64,000 bases of DNA from Octopus vulgaris (lineage: Eukaryota): assembly GCA_951406725.2 (NCBI GenBank), contig OX597815.1, forward strand, positions 125,054,001 through 125,118,000, read 5' to 3'. The translations under genes and the position numbers were made by a program. Below the pieces are notes generated by a model. That model ran no database searches. It saw only the letters and a list, made by a program, of their open reading frames with translations, and had not been told where the DNA came from. Shown one piece after another: positions 25,589 through 37,830 of the stretch. Within the stretch, counting starts at the first letter, position 1. Each line of letters starts with the position of its first letter.

Positions 25589-27775
25589 CTGAGGAAAAAA
25601 AGAAAAAAAAAAACTTTAAACATACAGAGTAATTTGAATTATTATATTTACTAGGATACATACACAGACATAAAATTTAGTATCAGCCAACAAAAATGAA
25701 ATCAGTGCTTATCAACCATTTTTTCTGATGTCCCACTTCAATCTTCCATGAAGAATGTACACCCCCACCTTGAACAGACAAAGCTAGTATAGAGTATATA
25801 TATTTATATTCAAAAGAAGTTTTAATTAAAGGTCGATTGCAAGTTTTATTTACTTGTTCCTTACTTATACTCCATACTGAGGTCTCATTCCCCACCAACA
25901 TAATGCCATGTACTAGTGGATGGAGTGTGTCTCATCTTCAGAAACACTACACTAAATTGTAATCTCACATACATCCAGATTTATACACTTTGTGTAGTTT
26001 CATATCACACCTGTCACAGAGATATATTAAAAGAGATAAGCACACACACGCATTGTGGCCTCAAAAGTGCCAGTGCAATGAAAAAAGCACCCAGTACATG
26101 TAAAATAGTTGGCATTAGAAAGGCTGTAGAAATTCTGCCAAAGCAGACACTGGAGTTTGATAGTCTTCTAGCTCATCAAATCCTGTTGAGCAGTCTGACT
26201 AATAACTGCATGGAGGATGGACATTAAATGATCACACACACACACACACACACACATCATTGTTTTTATGCTTTTATGTTCATTTAACCATTGTCATCAT
26301 TTTTATGTTCAAAACTTTACTGAGGCAGATTTTGAGAGCTGGATGTTCTTGCTGTTGCCAGCCCTTGTTTTTAAAGTGAGGTATTTCACCAATCACCACA
26401 CATCTGCTAAACTAGAAAGTATTTGTTCACTGGAATTAGTAAACAATGCCATTGTTTTTTTGCTCAGGCAGTGCCAATGATAACAACTGGACTGGCATTC
26501 ATTAAATACATGCTTTCTCTGCCTGTCTGTCTGTCTCTCTCTCATACACACACACACATGTAATATATGATGTGCATCTTTGCAAGTTCCCCTCAACTGA
26601 TTTCATTCATAAACACTGGTTGACCCAAGGGATACTATTTGAAGACACCATCTGTAGTGCCATGCAAAAGAAGGACAACTAAATTTCAAACCACATGGCT
26701 GCAAACAAATTTCATAACAAAGCTATACCTACGCTTATGTACAGGAAAAAAAATTAAAACAAAGGAAAATAAAAATTGTAGGAACAACCTGGAAACTGAA
26801 CTAAAATTCATTGTTAATTTCTCTTTCCAATATTATTATTATTGTTGTTTTTATTATCATTCCAGTAACTGTTCATTTATTCATTGATCTCCTGTGTTGG
26901 TCATAACCTCAGCTGTTTACACGTGGTCTGTAAGAAGGCAGACTAATACATCCCAGTACAGCATTGACCTATGTTGAAAACTAGGTAGTAAATGCTTCTG
27001 AGCTAACCTGAAATTTACATTGGTTTCCTGTGTATAATTGATTATATTGGAGTGGATAGCAAGCCTTTTACAATTCACTGAGGAATTGGCAACAAGTATT
27101 TTTTATGACATATATGATTAATGTGTATGAGAGTGTGCGTACATGTACACACACACACAAAGTACAAGATATAGAAAAATAACAAGAATGTGGGAATGAA
27201 CGTCAGCATGATTCACATTATCATTTTAACATCTGCAATGAAGATAGTTCCAACTCATGCTGTTAGTATGTGTTGGACATGACTCCAATGTGCCCTTCCT
27301 TGATATGTCACAATCTATGTCATCTCATCTGTTAGGCCCAATAATCTCTGAGATCCAACATTCTATGGTCAAGCTTCACCACTTCTCTCTCAACACACAG
27401 CATTTTCTTGTACACATTATACATATTTCGTTTTTCATTATATATCTGTAAGAGTGTGACCCCATTTCCTGTATGCATTGGCCAACATCTTCAATACCCA
27501 GCTCTTTTTACATGATACACTGACCTTATGTAAATTTACATTACACACACACACACAATAATATATCCAGCACCATTCACTTGGGCTTCAATACATTTTG
27601 TGCACCCAGACCAATCTACAGTTGTTTTTGAATTATCATCATGGTTCATGATTCTACTGTTATTTTTGATGAAAATATATTTAGACATTTAATTTTTATT
27701 AATTGAAATGTCTAAATATTTTGTTTATTGTTATTTTAGCAAATAAGCACTTGTCATTGCCATCGTCGTTGTTGT

Positions 27776-27920
27776 CGTCATCATCATTTAGACACCAATG
27801 TTGGCTTTGTCATTGTTTCTACAATTGGACACCTTCCTAATGCCAACCACTTTACAGAGTGTACTGGGTGCTTTTTTTTCCCTGCCACCAGCACTAGTGA
27901 GGTTACCAAATAACTTGCAA
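27776..27920 (-). mobile_element. Family C RTE-tail element
   Basis: ccttcctaatgccaaccactttacagagtgtactgggtgc preceded by (TCA)n. Confidence 0.75.
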
Positions 27921-29509
27921 CACACACACAAATAAATAAATAAATAAATAAATACAGGAAAAAAAACCTCCTTGATTGCTTGGGAGTATATTTCAGAAAG
28001 AAGGGGGTCAAGTGTTGAAGTTTAAGTATGATGGAAGGATGAGCAAAAATGTCTTGTCATTGAGGAAATACATGGTTACACCTCATTATTTGAAAGTGAA
28101 TGAGAGTACCTAAAAGGAAGATAAAATGGTGGCGATGGGCTGCCAGAACATACTCTCATGTAACCTTGGTGACAAGGTTTCAAGTTGTAGTTAAAGCCGT
28201 TTCAATTCACATATGTTGCTATAATGCTGTGAAAAATCATTATTTTATTCATAATTAACAAATGTGTTGATGTGATGCTAAATTGTTGCCAAATTTAGTA
28301 TATATCTTGAAATGACTTTGCACATGGAAATGTTACTTGGAAAGGTATGAATGTCACAAAATAAAATCAATTATTAGTTATTATATTATTTATATTATCA
28401 ATTTACTGCAGACATTACAAACAAACCTAACATCTTTTAAGGGTGGTTTAATTATGAAAAATACTGATGATATATTCAAATAATTATTTTGAATATGCAC
28501 AAGGTCTGAAGTTTAGTAGGGACAGGTAGTTGACAGGATTCTACTCTACCAACCAAAAGGATGAAATATGATGTTGAATTATGCCAAGTTTGAACTGAGA
28601 ACAGAAGAAATACTGTAAGCTGATGATTCTAACAGCTCACCAAATTTGATAGTTTCTAATATTTACAGTAACATGAATATCCACAGTAAGGTTAAACATG
28701 GTGATTAAGAAAATATTAAGTATTGGCTAATATCTTTTGCCAAGCAAGCAGGAGATATACTTTTGCCTTATTAGACTTCATCAGCCAAATCATAAAGAGT
28801 AGGTGATATTTCTGATGAAGCCTAATAATACATAAGTGTTCAAAGTTGTCTCCTTTACTTGATAGCCAATGTTACCCATCAAAGCCATTTACTCAATTTT
28901 CAACACTTGATCAAAACAAGTAAAGTGTCTTGTTATTTTGTAGTACAACACAACACTGTGGGATTTTCAAGATTTAATAATTGCTGGATCAGTAACTGAC
29001 TGATTCAACAAAAGCAAAGAAACAAATTCCAGGCAACAATTTATACCTTATTCAAATGTTAATATATTTTAGGCCAACTGAGTTGAAGGCCAAAAAACAT
29101 CCACATGAATGAGTCATCAAGTCAAACTTTGGTACAAAATCAAAAGATTTCCCTACACTCACCAAACAAGCAGAATAATTCTGTAACAATCATTTCTAAT
29201 ATAGGCACAGGGATAGAAATTAGTGGGTGATGATGTTAGTCAATTATATCACCAGTAGTACTACAGTTGTACTTATTGATTCCAGCAGGATGAAATAGCT
29301 CTGTTTTCTTTTCCTTTTTTACATTTTTCTTGCATATCCACCTTTCAGACAATTTGCTGAGGCAGATTTCTACAGCTACATGCCCTCCTTGTCATCAGCC
29401 ACACTTGTTTCCAAGCAAGGTAATAACTTTCAATGGCCAGGCATGATTTCCAGAGAAGATTTGAAAACAATAACACTGCTTATATGAAGTCATTTACAAC
29501 CATCACAGT

Positions 29510-29690
29510 GATGTGTATCACACACACACACACACGGCAGACTTCTTCTATTTCTGTCAACCAAATCCACTTATAATGTTTTGGTTGGTCCAAGCCTATA
29601 GTGGAGAACACTTGCCTAAAGTACTGCACAAGGCGACTGAACTCAAAGCCACATGGTTGGGAACCAAACTTCTTACCCACAAAGTCATGT
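29510..29690 (-). mobile_element. SINE family B head
   Basis: ccaaatccact...gaacacttgccta...ccacatggttgggaa. Confidence 0.75.
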
Positions 29691-30219
29691 CTTATACCTG
29701 TCATCCATGCCTATGCCTCACATCCTTGCCGGTGCTTCTAATAATATAAATTTGTTATTTTAGAGGCATTTATTTTTAAAAAGGTAAAGGGAAGTAGGGT
29801 GATCAGTAGTGAGACTTACAAAATCAATGGCCTTTAACACAAATACTAGTTGTAGTCATATAATTATTTCAAAGAGAGCAGTCAGCTTTCCTCCAAGTAT
29901 TATTATTTTATCAATGAATCCGACTGAAGTATCTTACCAAAGCATCTTAGCATCTAGCTAAACATCTTTAGACAAATAACACCACAACAATATATTAAAT
30001 CATTTTTATGCAGATATACACATATCAGATATGTCAAAACGAGAAGTCCAAATCTTGGTTATATTCCTTAGGCTCACTGATTCAAATAAAATATTTTATT
30101 ATTTATTATTTATATAAATAACATAAAGTAAACATATTTATCATTAAAACTCCATATAGGGAAAATATATTACATTTATAGATAAAAAAAAAAAATGCAC
30201 CACTGGTGTTTTCAGCAGG

Positions 30220-30980
30220 GGCATAGGCATGACTGTGTGGTTGGGAAGTTAAATTCTTGACCTTGCAGTTTTGGGTTCACTCATACTGTAAAGCACTTTG
30301 TACAAGTGTCTTCTGCAATAACGCCTGGTCAACCAATGTTTTGTAAATGAATTAGGTAGATGGAAACTGTGTGGAAGTTTGTTGTGTGTGTGGGGGGAAG
30401 GAGTTTGCTACTGAACCACATGGTTCTAGGTTCAACCCCACAGCTTGGCACCTTGGGCAAATATTTTATACTATAGCCTCAGGCCAACCAAAACTTTCTG
30501 AGAGGAATTGGGAGATGGAAACTGAAAAAAGCCCACGTGTGTGTGTGTGTATTTGTCCTCATCACCACCACCAGCACCACCCTTGACAACCAGAGTTGGT
30601 GTGTTTTCGTTCCAGTAACATAGTGGTTTGGCAAAAGATACCAATAAAATAAGTAGCAGGCTTTACTGGGGTCATTTCATTCAACTTGAAATTCTTCAAG
30701 GCTATACCCCAGAGTGGTTGCAGTCTAATGATTGAAACAAGTAAAAGATAATATGTATAAATGTTTCTTTGTGTGCTTATATCTGTGTGCCTTTGTGTTT
30801 GTCTTTCACTGCTTGATAACCAGTGTTAGTTTTATTAAATTCCCATAACTTAGCAAAAAGAGACTAACTGAATTAATAACCAGAATTAAAAATAAGTGCT
30901 GAGGTCAATTTGACAGGTAAAATCTTTCAAGGAAATGCACCAGCATGGCCGCTGTCCAATGATTCAAACAAGGAAAAGAG
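30220..30980 (+). mobile_element. Nested SINE family B copies (head-head-tail-tail)
   Basis: Heads at about 30220-30370 and 30398-30535; tails at about 30580-30750 and 30810-30980. Confidence 0.8.
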
Positions 30981-31897
30981 TAAACACCCTGAAAAACTCT
31001 GTAATAAAGCTATCTCTGCCAAATAAAATTACAGCAATTTGATTTCTTCCTTTGATAAGGCTACATAATCTTTTTTACATATAGTAATGTCAACTGCTTA
31101 TTTTGTAGATCGCAGAAAAATGAAAAGCAAATCGCAACCCCATGAGACATAATGTAAAAATGGAGGAGAACAAAAGTAAGCAGTTAATCCAGTGCTCCAC
31201 CATTTAAGACAGCATTTTTCAAAACAGTTAAAATGTTTATATGTTAAATTGATTTGTATCAAGAAAAGAGATGAAATATCAGTTTGAGATTTTAGGTCTG
31301 AATGGACCCTCAAAATTTCAGGTAACAAATATTTTAGCTGTGTTACATTCTTCCTCCTTAAAGTAACATTCCAAGGTAGATAGCTGTTAAAATTTATTGA
31401 AGTTACACATTAATAACTTATTCAATATTCAGAATCCTACATCTACAGCATCTCTGTAAAAGAAGTGATGACATTCAAGCTGGAACAGTCAAATTCTGCT
31501 GTTGCAAAAGAAAAAATGAAAAAGAAAGCAACAACAGCGTCGACTACCACCACCACAACTATTATTATTTATTATCAAAAAGTTATTGCATGCTAATTTA
31601 ATTAGCAAGGATAATCCTGAAATATGGTGATAAGTTTCTTCAAATCTCAATAACCATTCTTAGGAATCTTACAGAATACAAAATGACACTTTTCTGCATT
31701 TTGGCAATAAGTCTCAATTCCAGTATTCATTTGCCTTTTGGGCAGGTGTGCCAAGTGCACCAATTACTACAGGGACAATCTTCACTCATTAGTTCCTCAA
31801 TTTCTTAACCATTCAGGCCCAGTCATGATATTTCTCAATTTTGTCAACTTTTTTGAGATTCGCTCTACTACTTATTATCATTGTCATTATCATGATT

Positions 31898-32115
31898 AAG
31901 GTGACAAGATGACAGAATCATTAGCACATTGGGCAAAATGCATAACAGCATTTTGTCCATCTTTACATTCTCAGTTCTAATTCTACTGAGGTCAACTTTG
32001 CCTTTCATCCTTCAGGAATCGATAAAATAAGTACCAGTTGGCTACTGGGATTGGTTAATCAACCAGCCCCTTTCCCCCAAATTTCAGGCCTTGTGCCTAT
32101 AATAGAAAGGATTAT
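31898..32115 (+). mobile_element. SINE family A
   Basis: aaggtgacaagatgacagaatc...gaggtcaactttgcctttcatcc...ggccttgtgcctataatagaaagg, (ATT)n tail. Confidence 0.88.
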
Positions 32116-33877
32116 TATTTTTATTATTGTTATTATTATTATTATTATTATGATAACTACTATGGCTAGCACTCTGGAAAAACATAGTCACCTTTGGTTC
32201 TGAGAATTTTCACTAAATATTGACCCTTTTGAATATTTGAAAAATTATGGTATAGAAGAGTACTGAATAAAATCTATTGGGTCTGGATGAGTGTAGTTTC
32301 ATTATACAACTCCCTTTTCAGAAGAGGCTAATTGTATTTTGGTCTGGAATTTGTGCTGCTGATTTTTTTAATCCAATTTTTCAAATGGCAAGTGCTGGTA
32401 AAATTATAATGATGGCACAAATGTTGCTGCCAACACTACAACCACATCAACACCAACTGCAACAGCAATAAGCCACTGTCAAAGTATTGAAGAGGTTTAC
32501 AACAACCACCTCTCAAAGAGAAAGTCTTGCAAGTGTGCTCAGCTCTCCAAACCAGCACCATCATCAACACTAATGCTGAAACAAGTGATACAAACACCTG
32601 ATTCAATCAACTTTCACTATTACTCTCTGATTTCTTGGCAAAGGACAAGGAGAGAGACAATCAAGCCAAAACATGGCAAACTGTCATCAGGTGGGTCAAG
32701 AGGAAGAAAATACCATAGGGCCACTACAAGAAAAAAGAAAAGTGAAGAGAGAAGTGCTGTCCTCAGATAAATTTACTGAAAAGTGGTTGAGAGTAGCACG
32801 AGTGAATGGACCACTCAAAGTATAAGAAACCAACAACTGAAGAGGGTACTAGCCCTAAGTGTTGAAGATCTTGCATGACAGGACTCATTGACTGGCTCTA
32901 GAGGTCCCTCTTTTTCAGGAGAGTTACATCATATATATTTTTTAATGCTATATACCATATACTTATACTTCATATTTTTTTTATCATCTAATTCTATGTA
33001 AACCCCACCACATACACACGCCCTTTGCCAGATTTTTGTCACCCTCTGTCATCACCTTTATAGCAAATAAATCATCATCACCATCATCATTATCCTCATC
33101 ATTATATTTTCACAAAAACATTTAAGCAAGCTTTACAGACTGTATAACAATGTAACAAACATTTTGACATTTAAATTAACATTTAAGATAAATAAAAGTT
33201 TGTAATAAGAAAAAAGACAATCAATATTTTATACGTAAAATTTAACCAATCAATAGTAAATTAAATCATCATCTTCATTTAGCTTCCGCTTTCCATGCTA
33301 GCATGGGATAAAAATAAAACCAGTACATCAGTTTCAGAATATTTTTTATATTTTTTGCAATATTCATATATAGCACAGTTGACCAAAGAAATTTGGACAA
33401 AATTTGCAGTTCCTTACTGTCATGAGATGGGTATATATCAGCCACACAACATCTGTGTCGATCTTGCATAATATTATATGAAAGATTTAAGGAGAGCTGG
33501 CTGATCCATTTCATTCTATGTGCTCTCTAGTAAGAGATGTTATAATATGTGCATTATTCAAATATCTGCCAACTTCACCATTGGAAATATTTAGAACATT
33601 TGTCATCAGAAAAATAAAAGGAAATGCTTCAAATCACTGAAAATGCATAATTATGTTATAATAATAAAAAGAAAATGACAAAAAAGAACTGCTAAGAAAA
33701 AATATTTTGAATTTAGAAAGCATGAAAAACTGAGCTTTAAGAAGTCAGATCAGAATCTAGTAAATCCTGTGCCATTCCTCAGATTACTAGTACATAAGTA
33801 ACAGACTTTCCTGCTGCCATCAAACTCTCTATCATCATTATCATCATCATCATCGTTTTTGTTGTTTTGTTTGTTCT

Positions 33878-34140
33878 TTCTTGAGCCATACCTGGCTCTT
33901 AAGGGCTGGTTTCTCAATTTCATTGGCATAAGAGATGCTAGTTGGTCACAAGTGAGCTGCTAGATGCAGGAGGAAAGAGTGAGAGAAATTTGTGGCGAAA
34001 GTGTCAGCAGAAGTTTGCCATTACCGTCTGCCGGAGCCATGTGGACCTTAGGTGTTTTGCTCATAAACACACACATCGCTCAGTCTGAGATTCGAACCTG
34101 CAATCCCTCGACTGCTGCTTTAACCACTAGGCCATGTGCC
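33878..34140 (-). mobile_element. tRNA-derived SINE, family D
   Basis: Minus head ggcacatggcctagtggttaa...gcaggttcgaatctc. Second copy at 47385-47565. Confidence 0.85.
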
Positions 34141-34503
34141 TCATCATCATTATCATCATAATTTTACATTCACTTTCCATGTTGACAAGGACTGGACAAG
34201 TCATCTCAGTTTGAGTCAGTTAACATTTGGCTTATTACTCTTGCAGGTGTGGCTAGGAAACCATGATTCTTTTCGTTAGTTTTCATTTGGATGGATGCCA
34301 TTCATAATGCCAACTACTTGTCAGTGAGTATGCAAGTGCATTTTTTCACAACACCAGCACTAGAGAGGAAGCTATGCTCTCTTAAAGACAAGACTAAAGT
34401 GTCCTCCAGGACCCTACAATGTCTCCACACATCTGCTAATCCCTTTATAATGTACCAAGTGCTTTTTTTTTTTGAGGCACTATCATTGACAAGAATGTCA
34501 TAC

Positions 34504-34754
34504 ACTATTTACATTATTTACATTTGATGGATATTTGTCCACATGTTGTTTGTTGTTAACACAACGTTTCAGCTGATATACCCTCCAGCCTTCATGAAGT
34601 GCCTTGGGGAAATTTTGAACCTGGGTTCCCATTCCTAAGGTATTTTTTGATGTTACTATTATTATTATTATTATTATCATTATTATTATTATTTAGGTCA
34701 CTGCCTGGAGCCGAACTTGGAATCTTGGGGTTAGTAGCCCACGCTCTTAACCAC

Positions 34755-34847
<93 letters not shown>

Positions 34848-35011
34848 TTGAAAAATATCTTAGGAATGAGAACCCAGGTTTGAAATTTCCCCAAGACACC
34901 TGATGAAGACTGGAGGGTATATCAGCTGAAACGTGTTAACAAAGATGAGGACAAATATCTGTCAAATGTAAATAATGTACATAATTCCTCATCTCTTAAA
35001 TATAGAACTGG
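34504..35011. mobile_element. Palindromic tRNA-SINE/hammerhead element (family H1), copy 2
   Basis: Inverted arms around (AAT)n(AAC)n. 13-bp TSD aagaatgtcatac at 34491-34503 and 35012-35024. Confidence 0.92.
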
Positions 35012-35684
35012 AAGAATGTCATACTTTTGCCAAGACAAAACAAAGGATCCTTTTGAACCTTTGAAGTCTCTATCATTTCACAAAAGACACTAGGTGCATT
35101 TTATCATGACAGCTGTGCTTGTCTGGTTGTCATGCCCAGGATTCACACTATTCTATGCTGTCTTCATTTATTCAGAGGAGCATAACCATTACTGATTAGA
35201 AGAGAGGGTGACTGCAGGGGATGTACTAGGGTGAGGGGGAGAGAAGAGCATTGGCAAAAGAGAGGGGAAATGTGAGAGGAAGAGAGTGAGGAATGCTAGA
35301 GCAGTAATGAGTGGTAATAGGAGTGTACAAAAAGGGATATAGATCATAGTGGCATAGGGAAATGTTTTTAGGTATAGGTGAGAATAAGTGGTAGGTTACT
35401 GTAAGAATGATTATGGATGAAGGAGGGCAATGGATGTCAGTAAGGAACAAATAGGGAGAGGAGCAGTGGCAGCTAGTAATAGGTGAAGGGGAGGTAATGT
35501 CAACTAGTAGGGGACACACAAGTGATAGATGGTCCAGTTGACATGGAAAGAGAGTGTACAATGGATGTCAATGGAAGTCAGCTGCAGGAGGTGGTGGGTA
35601 TCTTGAGGAAAATGGTTGGAGTTCATCATATACTGACAGTTATTTACATCTGACGGATATTTGTCCTCATCTTGTTTGTTGTTA

Positions 35685-35728
35685 ACACAATGTTTCAGCT
35701 GATATACCCTCCAGCCTTCATCAGGTGT
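35685..35728 (-). ncRNA. Minimal type I hammerhead ribozyme motif (Penelope-type)
   Basis: Minus strand ACAC-CUGAUGA-A-GGCUG-gaggguauau-CAGCU-GAAA-CA-UU-GUGU: stem I ACAC/GUGU, intact core, stem II. Confidence 0.7.
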
Positions 35729-35879
35729 CTTGGGGAAATTTTGAACCTGGGTTCTCATTCCTAAGGTATTTTTCGACGTTCTTCTTCTTATTATTATTAT
35801 TCAGGTCACTGCTTGGAATCAAACTTGGAATCTTGGGGTTGGTAGCCCGCACTGTTAGCCACTACACCATTTACCCACA

Positions 35880-35951
35880 GGCATATAGTGTAGTGGTTAA
35901 GAGCACGGGCTACTAACCCCAAGATTCCGAGTTCAATTCCCAGCAGTGACC
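35880..35951 (+). other. tRNA-like SINE head with Pol III A and B boxes (not a true tRNA gene)
   Basis: tagtgtagtggttaa (A box), ggg-ctactaa-ccc (anticodon-like arm), gagttcaattcc (B box). Confidence 0.8.
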
Positions 35952-36076
35952 TGAAAAAGAAGAAGAAGGTGGTGATGGTGGTGGTGGTGATGGTGATGAT
36001 GATGATGAGGAGGAGGAGGAGGAGGAGGATTGAAGATACCTTAGGAATGAGATCCCAGGTTTGAAATTTCCCCAAG

Positions 36077-36120
36077 ACACCTGCTGAAAGCTGGAGGGTA
36101 TATCAGCCGAAACGTTGTGC
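36077..36120 (+). ncRNA. Minimal hammerhead motif, core-mutated copy
   Basis: ACAC-CUGCUGA-A-AGCUG...CAGCC-GAAA-CG-UU-GUGC; palindromic helix III AACGUU retained. Confidence 0.6.
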
Positions 36121-36790
36121 TAACAACAAACAAGATGCGGGCAAATATCTGTCAAATGTAAATAATGTACATAATTCCTCATCTCTTAAATATAGAACTG
36201 GATATACTGACAGGTATGATACAATTCTTCCTTACTAAATGTATTTTCTTAGTTATAATGTTCAGCATTTCACTAATTAAATTAGACTTAGGAGAGAGAC
36301 AACTGAGTACCTTTTCTAAATTGATTACTTCAGCTTTGCCCACTTGGTTCTTAGTTCAAACCATACCAAAGGTGAATTTTGCCCTTCATTTCTTTGAAGT
36401 TCATAAAATAATATCCCAATATTATATTGGAATGTATGTAATTAATTGTATTCCTGAACTATTGACCTTAAACCTAAATAAGAAATGATTAAAGTTATTA
36501 TTTATGTTATTACTGTTGTTGTTGTTGTTGTTTCTGCAACTTTGCCCATTTTCTGAAATAGATACCTTTTATTTATCTTATTTCTTAAATCATTTATACT
36601 TCAGATTTAGATTAAATAGGATAATCCTGCTAAAGCTATCTAACAGAAAAACCATTCAACATATTTCAATTACAGAAAATACAAGTTTACAGCAACTGCT
36701 CCAGAAAAATGGATAAAGAGAGTAGAACCTGAATTATCTTACACATTCTTTAAGTATGAATTGCTATTTAATAGATTTGCTTTGCCTAAT

Positions 36791-36835
36791 CTCCTAGTTG
36801 CCAATGTGATTAGCTCCTAGTTGCCAATGTGATTA
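36791..36835. repeat. 23-bp tandem duplication
   Basis: ctcctagttgccaatgtgatta twice. Confidence 0.95.
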
Positions 36836-37166
36836 ATTGTACATTTTGAAACAAGCACTATTGTAGCAATTCAGCATTCTGTATTTTAGTAATTTTGAAC
36901 AAGTTTGCTTATACGATGTAAATATTTCTACTTAGCAGCAATGGTATAGTTTGGTCAACTGAAATGAAGAGTTCTGAGCTTGCATCGTTCTATCTGGCAC
37001 TGAACTGAGCTTGAGTGATAGGGGAAGAATGTTTATAGGCTTCTATTCTATATATCAAGCTATAAACCAAGTAGTTGTTAAGTAGAGGTGAAAACAAATG
37101 AGATATTGTAGCATGGTCAGGAGTCTGCTTCTATGTATGGACAGTGCTATTTACTACTTTGTTACT

Positions 37167-37830
37167 GTCATCATCATCATCATCATCATTTAACATCCGT
37201 TGTCCATGCTGGCATGGGTTGGACGGTTTGATCAGGGCTAGTAAGCTGGAAGGCTGCACCAGACTGTAGTCTGATTTGGCATGGTTTTCTAAGGCTAGAT
37301 GCCCTTCCTAACGCCAACCACTCTGAAAGTATAATGAGTGCTTTCACATGCCACTGACATGAGTAACGTTTGTGTGACACCAATATCTGCCATGACTGTG
37401 ATTTTGCTCAGCTTGATGGGTCTCCTTCTCAAGCATGACATAATGCCAAAGGTCTCAGTCATTGCCTCTGTGAGGCCCAACACTCAAAAGGAACTCAGCC
37501 ACTTTGCTTCCATGAGGCCCAATGCTTGAAAGGAATTCAACCACTCTGCGTCTGTGAGGCCCAATACTCAAAAGGAACTCAACCACTTTGCCTTTGTGAG
37601 ACCCAATGCTCGAAAGGTGCTCTTTATGTGCCAGTTATGTAACACCAGCATCAGCCATGACTATTATTTCACTTGGCTTGACAGGTCTTCTCAAGCATGG
37701 CATATCACCAAAGGTCTTGGTCACTAGTCATTGCCTCTGTGAGGCTCAAAGTTCGAAGATCATGCTTCACCACTTTCTCCCATATCTTCCAAGGTCTACC
37801 TCTACCACAGGTTCCCTCCACAGTTAGAGA
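37167..37830 (-). mobile_element. 5'-truncated RTE LINE (same family as 16141-19560)
   Basis: Collinear with 16141-16710. (CAT)n tail. About four copies of an internal ~43-bp repeat at 37463-37620. Confidence 0.92.

Larger units (their letters stand above)
35640..36201. mobile_element. Palindromic tRNA-SINE/hammerhead element (family H1), copy 3, both heads present
   Basis: Head-to-head tRNA-like regions meet near 35878. 12-bp TSD atatactgacag at 35628-35639 and 36202-36213. Confidence 0.93.

Noticed and set aside
35803-35951. Two divergent functional tRNA genes
   Set aside because: No proper acceptor stem or T-run terminator, and both are embedded in a repeated element with a TSD.
37463-37620. 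CRISPR-like array
   Set aside because: Eukaryotic context; units are tandem without unique spacers and lie in a LINE 3' UTR.
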